The notes below the pieces were generated by a model. It had not been told where the DNA came from. It searched no databases and worked only from the letters and a program-made list of their open reading frames with translations. The position numbers and the translations under genes were made by a program. Shown piece after piece: positions 48,074-58,363 of a DNA stretch of 64,000 bases (position 1 is its first letter; every line of letters starts with the position of its first letter). This stretch comes from Candidatus Omnitrophica bacterium UBA6253 (GTDB taxonomy: Bacteria; Omnitrophota; Gorgyraeia; Gygaellales; Profunditerraquicolaceae): contig DJVP01000011.1 of NCBI GenBank assembly GCA_002441245.1, forward strand, positions 53,295 to 117,294. Reading direction: 5' to 3'.

Positions 48074-48753
48074 TTATATTAACTGGTGCTTCAGGTGGAA
48101 TAGGCCGTGCCATACTACCTTCTTTGGTAACTCTGGATAATGTTATTGCAGTATATCATAAAAATCTTCCTGATATCAGCGGGATAAATGGCGTAACGTT
48201 ATATCAAGTTGATTTAACATCGGAATCAAAAGTTAATGATTTTGCTGCAGCCATGAAGGATCAACTTCAAAGAATTACGCTTATTCACGCTGCTGCTCTT
48301 AGCAGGAATGCGCTTGCTGCAAAGTTTAGCACAGAAGATTGGGATCAAGTTATTAATGTGAATCTTCGTGGTAGTTTTTTGTTTACCCGAGCGATGCTCT
48401 TACCTATGATACAAGAGAAATGGGGACGAATAATTTATATTTCGTCCGTTGCGGGAATGCGAGGTGCTCCGGGCACACTTGCATACTCGACTGCTAAGAC
48501 TGGACTCTTGGGAATGTCCCGAGTTATAGCTAACGAATATGCGCGGTTTGGGATTACTTCAAATGTGCTAGTTTTAGGTTATTTTAATACTGGCTTGATT
48601 GAAACCTTAAGCGAAAAACTGCGTAAAAAAATCTTAGAATTAATTCCATCGAGACAGTTAGGAAATCCCGCTAATGTCATTAATGCTGTAGAATTTCTAA
48701 TAAAATCAGAATATGTTAATGGTAGTGCAATGCATATTGATGGTGGCATATAA
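48070..48753 (+). CDS. Short-chain dehydrogenase/reductase (FabG-like 3-oxoacyl-ACP reductase)
   Basis: TGASGGIGRA Rossmann motif and catalytic YSTAKTGL (YxxxK). The ATG at 48070 overlaps the FabH stop by 4 nt (ATGA). The track ORF begins at 48034. Confidence 0.8.
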   Translation: MIILTGASGGIGRAILPSLVTLDNVIAVYHKNLPDISGINGVTLYQVDLTSESKVNDFAAAMKDQLQRITLIHAAALSRNALAAKFSTEDWDQVINVNLRGSFLFTRAMLLPMIQEKWGRIIYISSVAGMRGAPGTLAYSTAKTGLLGMSRVIANEYARFGITSNVLVLGYFNTGLIETLSEKLRKKILELIPSRQLGNPANVINAVEFLIKSEYVNGSAMHIDGGI

Positions 48754-48802
48754 TATCAGTTTTTATTGAAATTTAAGCTTCGGATTGCCAAAGATGTAGG
48801 CT

Positions 48803-49543
48803 ATGACAATAGAACAACATAAAGAAATCAAATTTTCACTTGCCCTTGATAAAAAAATAGATCTCGTGTCTGCGCCAGGAGTATTCACCCCAAACCTAAC
48901 TACAAATTTGTTGATTCAGGCGATTAAGAATACGGTTTCTGGGCCGACTAAATTGCTTGATTTAGGTTGTGGGACGGGGGTTGTTGGACTTGCGCTTTAC
49001 TTGCAGGGTTTAACAAAATCTCCACTTTATGCTTCGGATCTAAGTAAACCAGCAGTGTTTTGCAGTAGGGAGAATTTTAAACGTTATGGATGTCAAGCTG
49101 AAGTTCGCAATGGGGCACTGTTTGAGCCATGGTTAGGCGAAAAATTTGATGTTATTGTTGATGACATATCTGCTATTGCGCAGGATATTGCTGTTGTTTC
49201 GCCTTGGTTTCAAGGCGTACCTTGTGATACAGGCAAGGATGGAACTAATCTTGTTTCAGAAATTTTATGTAGTGCGCGTCAGTATCTTACAGATAAAGGA
49301 TTTTTATTTTTTCCAATATTATCACTGTCAAATGTTGACATACTTTTAAATGTAGCTAAAGAAAATTTTGGTACGCTTAATAGAGTTATTCGACAGGATT
49401 GGCCATTACCCGCAGAATTAAAATTGCATATGCCTCTACTGCGAAAACTAAACGCCGAGGGTTCTATCAAGTTAGAAGAGCGGTTTGGTATGGTTTTATG
49501 CTATACTGAAATATATTGTGTTACAAATTTTCAACCTGTTTAA
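48803..49543 (+). CDS. Class I SAM-dependent methyltransferase
   Basis: Motif I LDLGCGTGVVG and an acidic motif II (VIVDD). Confidence 0.6.
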   Translation: MTIEQHKEIKFSLALDKKIDLVSAPGVFTPNLTTNLLIQAIKNTVSGPTKLLDLGCGTGVVGLALYLQGLTKSPLYASDLSKPAVFCSRENFKRYGCQAEVRNGALFEPWLGEKFDVIVDDISAIAQDIAVVSPWFQGVPCDTGKDGTNLVSEILCSARQYLTDKGFLFFPILSLSNVDILLNVAKENFGTLNRVIRQDWPLPAELKLHMPLLRKLNAEGSIKLEERFGMVLCYTEIYCVTNFQPV

Positions 49544-49564
49544 CTAGATACGGAGGTTATATCC

Positions 49565-49810
49565 ATGTCGAATATTTCCCAATCTGATGTAATTATAGTC
49601 ATAGAAGAGGCACTCAAAATAAAACCCGGATCGCTTCAAGAAAATACGCGGGCCGAAGAGATTGATAATTGGGATTCACTCGGTCAATTGAGTATTCTTG
49701 TCGCTTTGGATAGACTCTTCGATGGGAAGATTGTAAGTATTGCTGATATGGCAGAGGCTGATTCTATACCTAAGATTTTTGATATTCTCAAGCAGCACTC
49801 ATTGCTTTGA
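49565..49810 (+). CDS. Acyl carrier protein-like (phosphopantetheine attachment site)
   Basis: 81 aa and acidic, with DNWDSLGQLSIL, a DSL 4'-PP serine context. Confidence 0.65.
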   Translation: MSNISQSDVIIVIEEALKIKPGSLQENTRAEEIDNWDSLGQLSILVALDRLFDGKIVSIADMAEADSIPKIFDILKQHSLL

Positions 49811-49874
49811 GTAGTATTAAGTTTTTCGTAATTCGTAACCTTCCATAAATTACAACCAAGTTTAAAAACTTATT

Positions 49875-50960
49875 TTGCTAAAAGGAAAAAGCATGATTCA
49901 GATATCAGTTAAAACATTTACAGAGGCAAATCTGGAAAGTTTTCTGAAAATGTCAGAATTGGAATATGGGTTAACGATTTCCACTAATTTCGATCATATT
50001 AGATGGAAGTATTTGGGTTCGCCATTTGGTGGATCTTATTATGTTATTTTGTTAGAAAATGATGAAGTAGTAGGGCGTGTGTTGGCTCAGCCGCGCACCT
50101 TGTGCGTTGCTTCAAAAGTACTCAAGGCTGCTCTCATTACAGATCTTCTTATTAATCAAGAGCATCGTTCACCGGTTAATTTCATTAATATAACAAAGGC
50201 GTGTAGCAATATAGCAAGTTTTGATTTGGTTTATCATACATCTAACGAACGCACGTTTTCGCTCTATAGTAAATTACTTCGTTTTCCTAACCCTTTTTCT
50301 TTACGGGGTTATGGTTTTCCAGTTCGATTGGCCGGTTTTTTTACTTCAATCATTGGCCTTAGAATTGATGTAATAGATTGGTTAACTGCTCCATTGCGCT
50401 GGTTGCTCGAAGTTATTGCTTGTGTAGTCAATTTTATTGCAAAGCTTAATATTGTTCAACGCGGAATTAGCGATGATGAACTCGGAACGATTTGTATAAA
50501 ATGTTTGCGTAAATCTGGTCCGCATTTTGTTCGGACTAATGCTTTTCTGAAATGGCGTTTTGGCGATGCACCATTATGGCCTGCCACGGTATATCGCATA
50601 GACAGAAAAGGGAAGTTTCTTGGCTATGTTGTTACACGTAAAATAAAATTAGGTTGTTTAAATTATTTAGTGTTAATGGATTTTATCCTAGATCCCGATA
50701 CGCCGCTTATTGTCCAAATTGCCTTGCGATTGTGGCTTATACGTAAGACGATTACATCGAAGGTAGATGCATTTTTTACTATGGTTAATCCGTCTAGTGC
50801 TATTGCCCGTAAATGTGTGGGATTTCCGTTTGCAAGCATCCCAAATAGATTACTTCCTCATGCTACACCTATATTTGTAAGAGCATGTAGTAGTGACAAT
50901 AAGGAATTCGAAACGACTAGATCAATCCATCTTACCTTGGCAGATCTTGACTATTTTTAA
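49875..50960 (+). CDS. Hypothetical protein; possible GNAT/FemAB-like acyltransferase
   Basis: 361 aa. Its position between the ACP and the deacetylase mirrors the FemAB-related/polysaccharide-deacetylase pairs of PEP-CTERM-type EPS loci. Sequence evidence is weak. Confidence 0.3.
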   Translation: MLKGKSMIQISVKTFTEANLESFLKMSELEYGLTISTNFDHIRWKYLGSPFGGSYYVILLENDEVVGRVLAQPRTLCVASKVLKAALITDLLINQEHRSPVNFINITKACSNIASFDLVYHTSNERTFSLYSKLLRFPNPFSLRGYGFPVRLAGFFTSIIGLRIDVIDWLTAPLRWLLEVIACVVNFIAKLNIVQRGISDDELGTICIKCLRKSGPHFVRTNAFLKWRFGDAPLWPATVYRIDRKGKFLGYVVTRKIKLGCLNYLVLMDFILDPDTPLIVQIALRLWLIRKTITSKVDAFFTMVNPSSAIARKCVGFPFASIPNRLLPHATPIFVRACSSDNKEFETTRSIHLTLADLDYF

Positions 50961-50994
50961 GTAGAGGAGTAGATGTTAAATCAAGGATTTCACA

Positions 50995-51852
50995 TTGATT
51001 AATAATAAAAGTACTTATAACTTTCTTACTTTTGATATTGAGGAATGGTTTCACGCCAATTTCCTGGGAGTAAATCTTGAAGATTACAGTGAATTATCTA
51101 CTGATCTTGAAAAAAATGTCGATAGGCTTATAGCTGTATGTGCTGAAATTAATGTTTATTCCACTTGTTTTATACTAGGATCCGTTGCAGAAAACAAGCC
51201 ACAAATAGTAAAAAAACTTTATATGGCCGGGCATGAAATTGCTTCGCATGGATATAATCATAAGTTAGTTTATACGATGACAGGGGATGAATTTAGAAAA
51301 GATCTGCAAAAATCATGTACGATTATTGAAAACATTACCGGTGAAAAAGTATTAGGTTATCGTGCTCCGTCATGGTCTGTAAAAAAAGAAAATTTACCCT
51401 GGTTTTATACTATTTTAGAAGAAGCCGGCTTGAAATATTCTTCTTCTGTTTATCCGGCGCATACATTTCTTTATGGTATTCCATGTTTTACAAGAAAAGT
51501 GCATTATCCGGTAATTAACGGAAAGAAAATTAATGTTTTAGAGATGCCTGTTCCTGTTGTGAGTTTACTCGGTAAATATCTTGGATTTTCTGGTGGATTT
51601 TACCTGCGTTTCCTTCCAGTATGGTTCATCAATCGAACTATCAGAAATTTTAACTATAAAAGCGAGCCAGTTTTTATTTATCTTCATCCAAGGGAGATTG
51701 ATGTAAAACAACCAAAATTAAAACTACCAGTATTTGAAGATTTTATCCATTATTGGGGTATTAATTCATGTGAGAAAAAATTACGGAAGATTTTAATATC
51801 TCTGAGCGGGAAGATTGTTAGGATAAGGGATTCTTTAAATAAAACTTTATAA
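50995..51852 (+). CDS. Polysaccharide deacetylase family protein (EPS-locus subfamily)
   Basis: N-terminal LTFDIEEWFHANF, and HGYNH. Confidence 0.7.
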   Translation: MINNKSTYNFLTFDIEEWFHANFLGVNLEDYSELSTDLEKNVDRLIAVCAEINVYSTCFILGSVAENKPQIVKKLYMAGHEIASHGYNHKLVYTMTGDEFRKDLQKSCTIIENITGEKVLGYRAPSWSVKKENLPWFYTILEEAGLKYSSSVYPAHTFLYGIPCFTRKVHYPVINGKKINVLEMPVPVVSLLGKYLGFSGGFYLRFLPVWFINRTIRNFNYKSEPVFIYLHPREIDVKQPKLKLPVFEDFIHYWGINSCEKKLRKILISLSGKIVRIRDSLNKTL

Positions 51853-52815
51853 TTGTCTATGCTGTTAAAAAATAGTGAAATGGATATTTCAAGTTGCAAG
51901 CTCAGTAGTATCATTATTTGTTACAAAAATTTAAAATTAACCTTAGATTGCCTTAAGTCCGTGCAGGCTTTCAAACCTTCTTTTTCCTACGAGATTATCT
52001 GCGTAGATAATAATTCGAATGACAATATCAAAGATTTTATGAAAAATGATTTTTCGAATGTTCGTTTTTTTCAGACAGGGTACAATTCCGGTTTTAGTAA
52101 AGCGAGTAACTTAGGCATTATAAATTCGCATGGCGAATATATTTTGCTTCTTAATAGTGACACAAAGATTGATGAGCCGATTTTTGACCGGCTTATTGAA
52201 TATATGGATTCACATCTCGATACGGGCGCTATTGGGCCGCGTCATTTATTAGGAGATGGCCGTTTCCAGGCCTCTTACGGCAAATTCCCCACTTTATCCA
52301 CAGAGATTTTAAGTAAAGTCATGCAGAAACGAATTATTCCTGAAGGAGAAGTTGATTGGCTTTCAGCTTCGTGTTTGCTTTTACGACGTAAAGCGCTTCA
52401 GGATGTCGGGCTTTTAGACGAGGCGTTATTTATGTATTTTGAAGATGTTGACCTGTGCACAAGGATCCGTAAAAAAGGTTGGCGTATACGTTATTTCCCG
52501 AAGGTATCCATAGTTCATTATCATGGTAAATCGGTTGAGACAAATGTTCTTACAAGTCTTTTTGAATATAGGCGTAGCCAACTTTACTTTGCTAAGAAAT
52601 ACTATGGTAAGATAGGTGAGTTATTAGTGCGGGCGTATCTTTTTTTAAGGTTTTTAATTATGGGTTTCTGGGGTATTTTAATATTTTGCTTTCGAAAAAT
52701 ATTTAAAAAAGAAACCCAAAACGCTTATACGCAAATACTTCTTTCTGCTAAGGTAATATCAATGGTTTTATCTTATAAGACAGCCCAGCCTATTGAGCCA
52801 ATTCTAGAGGTATGA
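51853..52815 (+). CDS. Family 2 glycosyltransferase
   Basis: IIICYKN...VDNNSND...LNSDT (DxD) and a C-terminal TM. Confidence 0.8.
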   Translation: MSMLLKNSEMDISSCKLSSIIICYKNLKLTLDCLKSVQAFKPSFSYEIICVDNNSNDNIKDFMKNDFSNVRFFQTGYNSGFSKASNLGIINSHGEYILLLNSDTKIDEPIFDRLIEYMDSHLDTGAIGPRHLLGDGRFQASYGKFPTLSTEILSKVMQKRIIPEGEVDWLSASCLLLRRKALQDVGLLDEALFMYFEDVDLCTRIRKKGWRIRYFPKVSIVHYHGKSVETNVLTSLFEYRRSQLYFAKKYYGKIGELLVRAYLFLRFLIMGFWGILIFCFRKIFKKETQNAYTQILLSAKVISMVLSYKTAQPIEPILEV

Positions 52816-52819
52816 AGTA

Positions 52820-53926
52820 ATGATCGGAATAAACGGAACTATTCTTGGATGCAGGCCATCTGGTTTAGGCATTTATGCAAAAAATATAATAGAAGAATTA
52901 GACCGTCAAGGCGTTGATTTTATTTTATATTCTTCTTTTGTGGATGATCTGGTATTAAGCGAGAAAAATAGAAGACGAGTTCACAAGATTAAATTTTCCG
53001 TAGAGCCGCTTGATAAGTATAAACATTTATTACGGTATGTATGGCTACAGTTTATTTTTCCCTGGTATTTAAAACGAGATGGTATTTCAGTTATTTTGAA
53101 TCTCGTGCCGGAAGGGGTACTCTTTACACAAGTTGCCCAGGTTACCGTAGTCCATGATCTTATCCCTCTTTTTTCCAAGCGTGAAAACTTTTTTCAAAGG
53201 TTGAACTTCCGCATACTTGTTCCGCAACTCCTTAACCTCTCAAAATCAATAGTTACAGATTCGCAGGCCATAAAAAATGATCTTATCTTTTTTCTTAAGA
53301 TTAAACATGAAAAAATCAAGGTCATACCTATTGCAATTGATTCGCGAAGATTTAAACCTTCTGATGGGCAGGAAATAAAGAAAAGGTTTAACTTGAGTAG
53401 ATATTTTCTTTATGTTGGAAATATATTACCGCATAAAAATTTAGCATTGCTTATTGAAGCATTTAGCCGGGCTGAACTTGGAGTAGAGCATAAACTTGTA
53501 ATTGCGGGGCATAAAGATTGCCGTTATTATCCATCTTTATGTGAATTTGTTAATCAAAATGATCTTGTAGGTAGAGTGGTTTTTCTCGATTACGTTGATA
53601 ATAGGGATTTACCTTCTTTAATATCAGAAGCCGAAGCTTTGGTTTTGCCTTCTTTATTTGAGGGGTTTGGGCTCACTCCTCTTGAGGCGATGGCTTGTGG
53701 ATGTCCGGTAGCATCTTCGGATTTACCAAGCGTAAGAGAGGTATGCGTAGATGCAGCTAAATATTTTAATCCAAATAACTTGGATGAGTTGTCAGGTATT
53801 TTAAAGAATATATCTACTAATAAAAGTCTGCGTTCTTCATTAAAAGCAAAAGGGCTGGAGCGGGCTAAGTGTTTTAGCTGGGAAAAATGCGCTAAAAATT
53901 TAAATGAGGTTATCGAGAATATATAA
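52820..53926 (+). CDS. Family 4 (group 1) glycosyltransferase
   Basis: GT-B fold with the C-terminal EX7E region LPSLFEGFGLTPLEAMACGCPV. Confidence 0.8.
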   Translation: MIGINGTILGCRPSGLGIYAKNIIEELDRQGVDFILYSSFVDDLVLSEKNRRRVHKIKFSVEPLDKYKHLLRYVWLQFIFPWYLKRDGISVILNLVPEGVLFTQVAQVTVVHDLIPLFSKRENFFQRLNFRILVPQLLNLSKSIVTDSQAIKNDLIFFLKIKHEKIKVIPIAIDSRRFKPSDGQEIKKRFNLSRYFLYVGNILPHKNLALLIEAFSRAELGVEHKLVIAGHKDCRYYPSLCEFVNQNDLVGRVVFLDYVDNRDLPSLISEAEALVLPSLFEGFGLTPLEAMACGCPVASSDLPSVREVCVDAAKYFNPNNLDELSGILKNISTNKSLRSSLKAKGLERAKCFSWEKCAKNLNEVIENI

Positions 53927-53927
53927 T

Positions 53928-55013
53928 ATGAAAGTCGCGCTTGTACATGACTGGTTAACCGGAATGCGGGGAGGGGAAAGGGTCCTGGAGGCTTTTTGCG
54001 AACTTTTCCCTGAAGCCGAAATATTTACTCTTTTTCATTTTAAAGGTTCGGTTTCTTCCCTGATTGAATCCCGTAAAATCCATACTTCGTTCCTTCAGGG
54101 GTTGGCAAATAAGAAATGGTATAGGTACCTTTTGCCGCTTATGCCGGCTGCTATTGAGAGCTTAAATGTAAAGAAATTTGATCTGGTGATTTCGCTAAAT
54201 CATTGTGTTGCCAAGGGTATTAAACCGGCTTCAGGCGCAAGGCATATTTGTTATTGTTTTAGCCCAATGAGATATATTTGGGACCGGCAGGAGGATTATT
54301 TCGGCAGGCAAGCTAATAGATTTCCGGTTTCATCCATATTTTCTTATCTAAGAAGGTGGGATAGATTAAGCTCGAGCGGAGTTAATCATTTCGTCGCCAT
54401 TTCACAATTCGTTGCGAAGCGCATCGAAAGATGCTATAATCAAAAATCTGAGTTGATTTATCCTTTTATTGAAACAAGCCTTTTTCATAAAAGAAATGAG
54501 CCTGGGGATTATTATTTGGTTGTTTCCGCGTTTGCTCCTTATAAGCGCATAGATGTTGCTATCGAGGCATGTAATCACCTTAAGTTGCCATTGAAGATTA
54601 TCGGTAATGGGCAAGAGGAGGCCAGGTTAAGAAAGTTAGCAGGAAGAACGGTTGAGTTCCTGGGATGGCAACCAGATGAAGTAGCTAGGCAGTATTTATC
54701 CGGTTGTAAGGCTCTTTTATTTTGTGGAATGGAGGATTTTGGGATAGTGCCTCTTGAAGCTATGGCTTCGGGAAGGCCAGTTATAGCGTTTGGCGCTGGA
54801 GGAGCATTGGAAACTCTTATTAGCGGCCAGACAGGGGAGTTTTTCCCGCAGCAGACAGTTGATTCCCTTGTAAGGGTGCTACTTAGATTTGAAGGAGAGA
54901 TGTATAAATTCGATTCTTCCGTAATCCGGCAGCATGTTGCTAAATTTGATAAATTGATTTTTATGGGAAAGATTAAAAGCTTTTTTAGTAGAACGATAGG
55001 AAATTATGCTTAG
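53928..55013 (+). CDS. Family 4 (group 1) glycosyltransferase
   Basis: MKVALVHDWL... and EDFGIVPLEAMASGRPVIA. The ATG at 53928 follows the TAA of the upstream gene. The track ORF begins at 53904. Confidence 0.8.
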   Translation: MKVALVHDWLTGMRGGERVLEAFCELFPEAEIFTLFHFKGSVSSLIESRKIHTSFLQGLANKKWYRYLLPLMPAAIESLNVKKFDLVISLNHCVAKGIKPASGARHICYCFSPMRYIWDRQEDYFGRQANRFPVSSIFSYLRRWDRLSSSGVNHFVAISQFVAKRIERCYNQKSELIYPFIETSLFHKRNEPGDYYLVVSAFAPYKRIDVAIEACNHLKLPLKIIGNGQEEARLRKLAGRTVEFLGWQPDEVARQYLSGCKALLFCGMEDFGIVPLEAMASGRPVIAFGAGGALETLISGQTGEFFPQQTVDSLVRVLLRFEGEMYKFDSSVIRQHVAKFDKLIFMGKIKSFFSRTIGNYA

Positions 55014-56403
55014 GAAATACGGCCAAGTATTCATAGCTTTATTTATTTGTTCGGATATTCTGCTGATTTTTCTTGTTTGGGCTATTTCGTATATTGCTGC
55101 GGGATACCTATCTCCTATCCGTATTGTTTCGGTGGAAGATTTTCTAAGGCAGCTCAGGATTTTTGCAATTTTTATTCCGGTATATCTTTTTTCGGCGCAG
55201 AATTTTGATTTTTATGCCCCCAGGAGGTTTAGCAACTATTATCTTGAGTTTATCAAAGTTTTAAAGGTTGTATCATCTGTTTTTGCCGCATCTTTCTTTT
55301 TGGGGTATATTACCGGAATCTTGCAATATAACCGTATTTTTATTCTATTTTTTTGGTTTTTTTCCGTTGCCCTAATTTACATTTACCACGTTTTGGTTGA
55401 GCATGTATTAAAACATTTCAGGACGAAAGGTTTTAATTTAAGGAAGATTTTAATTGTGGGAAGCGGGGACCTGGCAGAAAAATTTACCTTAAAGTTCTTA
55501 GAACACCGTGAATTTGGCCTGAATGTGGTTGGTTTTGTTGTCAATAAAAAACAGGCCGCTGCTGATATTTTGGGTATTCCTGTATTAGGAAAATATGACG
55601 AACTGCATAAAATCGTCCTACAGGAGTCTCCGGACATAGTTTTTTTTGTTTTGCCGCCAAACGAAGAACGGTTTATGCGTATTTTAATTGAAAAGATAGG
55701 CAATGAGCCGGTTGATATTAAAATAGCTTTTGATATAGATGAGGTATTTTTGTTGAAGAATAGCGTGTCAGAGATTGATGGCATTCCCGTTATAACTTTA
55801 CGCGAAGGCCATTTTATCGGTTTCCAGGGGATTGTAAAAAGAATCTTTGATTTTACTTTCGCTTCCATAATAATTTTACTTTTAATGCCACTTTTTGTTT
55901 TAATTGCGATTTCGATTAAGATTTTTTCTCCCGGCTCAATATTTTATATCCAGGAGAGAGTCAGCCTTGATGGGAAAAGGTTCAGGCTTATTAAATTCCG
56001 GACTATGCAGGAGGGCGCAGAGAAGAACAGCGGCCCTGTATGGACTGCTGTAAATGATCCGCGCAGGACAAGAGTCGGCGTTTGGTTGCGCAGGACAGGG
56101 TTTGATGAGCTGCCTCAGTTCCTGAATGTTCTAAAAGGGGAGATGAGTATTGTTGGCCCGCGGCCGGAAAGGCCGGAATTCCTGGTGGAATTCAGGAAGC
56201 TCCATCCTCATTATATGTTTCGGCATACGGTAAAGGCCGGGATAACGGGTTTAGCGCAAATTCATGGTTTACGCGGCAACACGTCTCTTGAAAATAGATT
56301 AAAATACGACCTGGATTATATTAATTATTATTCTTTCTGGCTGGATATCAAAATCATGCTTATGACTATACCGGCAATTTTTAAAGGGGAGGGGGCGCAT
56401 TGA
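55006..56403 (+). CDS. Polyprenyl-phosphate sugar phosphotransferase (WcaJ/WbaP-type initiating transferase)
   Basis: N-terminal TM helices, a central CoA-binding-like domain, and the C-terminal 'bacterial sugar transferase' domain (FDFTFASIIILLLMPLFVLIAISIK...KFRTM...DELPQFLNVLKGEMSIVGPRP). Confidence 0.85.
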   Translation: MLRKYGQVFIALFICSDILLIFLVWAISYIAAGYLSPIRIVSVEDFLRQLRIFAIFIPVYLFSAQNFDFYAPRRFSNYYLEFIKVLKVVSSVFAASFFLGYITGILQYNRIFILFFWFFSVALIYIYHVLVEHVLKHFRTKGFNLRKILIVGSGDLAEKFTLKFLEHREFGLNVVGFVVNKKQAAADILGIPVLGKYDELHKIVLQESPDIVFFVLPPNEERFMRILIEKIGNEPVDIKIAFDIDEVFLLKNSVSEIDGIPVITLREGHFIGFQGIVKRIFDFTFASIIILLLMPLFVLIAISIKIFSPGSIFYIQERVSLDGKRFRLIKFRTMQEGAEKNSGPVWTAVNDPRRTRVGVWLRRTGFDELPQFLNVLKGEMSIVGPRPERPEFLVEFRKLHPHYMFRHTVKAGITGLAQIHGLRGNTSLENRLKYDLDYINYYSFWLDIKIMLMTIPAIFKGEGAH

Positions 56404-57581
56404 GTAAGGATTTGAAGGAAAAGATTGCCTTGATTGCTGATAAGATGACAGAGTATTCTTTGTATGCAGTCGCTTTCTTTATCCCGATTTCTATAGGCAT
56501 GGTTGAATCTTTCGTATGTTTTCTTTTGTTGGGGTTTATTATTAAAAAGATCATCCTTCCGGATTTTTCGTTTATAAAAAGCCGTATCAATTTCTTTCTT
56601 TTGATTTTTCTTATTTTTTGCGGCCTTTCTCTGTTAAATAGCGGTTCGGATATTGATAAAAGCCTGAATGCCTTATTTTTTAAATGGGGGCAGTATATTC
56701 TTATATTCTTTATGGTACAGGATACTCTGGTTTCCGGAAAACGCATAAGAAATACGCTGGCAATTCTTATATACGTAGGCTGCCTGGTGGCCCTTGACGG
56801 GTTTTCACAGCGTTTTATAGACTGGGAGTTTTTCAGAGGAAAACAAATTGGGCTAATTAATGAAAACTTAAAAGCGGTTACCGGGCCATTCAAACATTAT
56901 AATAGTTTGGCTGCCTATCTGGTTTGTATATTAACTTTATTTATATCAGTAATTTTTACTAAGAAGAAAGAGGGCAGGGTTGTTTACGGCGTGCCTAATT
57001 TTTTATTATTTCTATTGGCAGGCTGCCTTTTTTTGACTTTTTCGCGTGGTGCCTGGGTGGGGTTTTTGTTTGCCTGTTTATTGATGTTGTTTTTGTCCCG
57101 CAGATGGAAATTCATACTTCCGTTACTTGGTTTTTTTATGCTGGCGCTATTAGCTCCTGGGATAAGAGAAAGAGTGCTGGGGGGGGATTCGGGAAGATTT
57201 AGTGTATGGAGCGGTGCTTGCGGAATGATCAAAGAGCATCCTTTCTTTGGCGTGGGGATAGGCACTTTTATGTCAAATTTCTCTAAATATACAAAGGGGT
57301 TGGGAGTGCAATATGCCCATAACTGTTATTTGCAGATTTGGGCAGAGACAGGGATTTTTGCTTTATTGAGTTTTCTTGGCTTTGTCATTGCGATTTTATC
57401 ACAAGGCATTAAAAGTTTTATAAAAACTCATGATTATATTGCGTTGGGTTTATCATGCGCTATTTTTGGTTTTTTAGCGCACAGTTTTTTTGATAACCAT
57501 TTATATAGCTTGCAATTAGCTGTGTTGTTTTGGTTTTTGGCTGGAATGCTGATAGCATCTAATAAAAAACAGGAGATATAA
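56400..57581 (+). CDS. O-antigen ligase/polymerase family (Wzy_C-like) membrane protein
   Basis: ~10 TM helices and a large periplasmic loop with a Wzy_C-type motif (LFLTFSRGAWVGF). TTG start, or an ATG at ~56445. A G8 tract lies at 57179-57186. Confidence 0.6.
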   Translation: MSKDLKEKIALIADKMTEYSLYAVAFFIPISIGMVESFVCFLLLGFIIKKIILPDFSFIKSRINFFLLIFLIFCGLSLLNSGSDIDKSLNALFFKWGQYILIFFMVQDTLVSGKRIRNTLAILIYVGCLVALDGFSQRFIDWEFFRGKQIGLINENLKAVTGPFKHYNSLAAYLVCILTLFISVIFTKKKEGRVVYGVPNFLLFLLAGCLFLTFSRGAWVGFLFACLLMLFLSRRWKFILPLLGFFMLALLAPGIRERVLGGDSGRFSVWSGACGMIKEHPFFGVGIGTFMSNFSKYTKGLGVQYAHNCYLQIWAETGIFALLSFLGFVIAILSQGIKSFIKTHDYIALGLSCAIFGFLAHSFFDNHLYSLQLAVLFWFLAGMLIASNKKQEI

Positions 57582-57583
57582 AA

Positions 57584-58360
57584 ATGAAAGTAGTCATTTT
57601 AGCGGGTGGTAGAGGTACAAGGCTTAGCGAGGAAACCACTAGTATTCCTAAGCCGATGGTAGAAATTGGCAGTAAGCCAATTATTTGGCACATTATGAAG
57701 ATGTACTCTCATTTTGGTTTTAATGATTTTATTATCTGCCTGGGTTATAAAAGCTATATGATCAAAGAATATTTCTCTCATTATTTTATGCATATGAGCG
57801 ATGTAACTATTGATTTAAAGAAAAATGATGTTAAGGTTCATGCAACATCATCTGAGCCATGGAAGATTACTCTTGTTGACACCGGGCTTGAGACAATGAC
57901 CGGTGGTCGCCTGAAGCGCGTTCAAAAATATATAGGCCATGAAACTTTTATGATGACTTATGGCGATGGAGTCTGCGATGTAAATATTAGGGAGTTAGTG
58001 AAGTTCCATAAGGGCTGCGGAAAATCCGCGACAGTTACCGCTGTTCAGCTTGCCGGAAGGTTTGGCGCTTTAAGCATGAAAGATACAGGAATAGTCAGTT
58101 CTTTTTTGGAAAAACCTAAAGGTGACGGTTCCTGGATCAACGGAGGGTTTTTTGTGCTTGAGCCTGAAGTTTTTAATTATATCAGCGGAGATGAGACTAT
58201 CTTGGAATTTGATTCTTTAAAGAATATGGCTGTTGCTAAGCAATTATCCGCATTTAAACATAATGGTTTTTGGAAGTGTATGGATACATTAAGGGACAAA
58301 TCTGAGTTAGAAGCGCTATGGAATGATGGTAAGGCGCCATGGAGAAAATGGAAGGATTAA
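57584..58360 (+). CDS. rfbF: Glucose-1-phosphate cytidylyltransferase
   Basis: MKVVILAGGRGTRLSEETTSIPKPMVEIGSKPIIWHIMKMY closely matches RfbF/DdhA. Confidence 0.9.
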   Translation: MKVVILAGGRGTRLSEETTSIPKPMVEIGSKPIIWHIMKMYSHFGFNDFIICLGYKSYMIKEYFSHYFMHMSDVTIDLKKNDVKVHATSSEPWKITLVDTGLETMTGGRLKRVQKYIGHETFMMTYGDGVCDVNIRELVKFHKGCGKSATVTAVQLAGRFGALSMKDTGIVSSFLEKPKGDGSWINGGFFVLEPEVFNYISGDETILEFDSLKNMAVAKQLSAFKHNGFWKCMDTLRDKSELEALWNDGKAPWRKWKD

Positions 58361-58363
58361 AGA

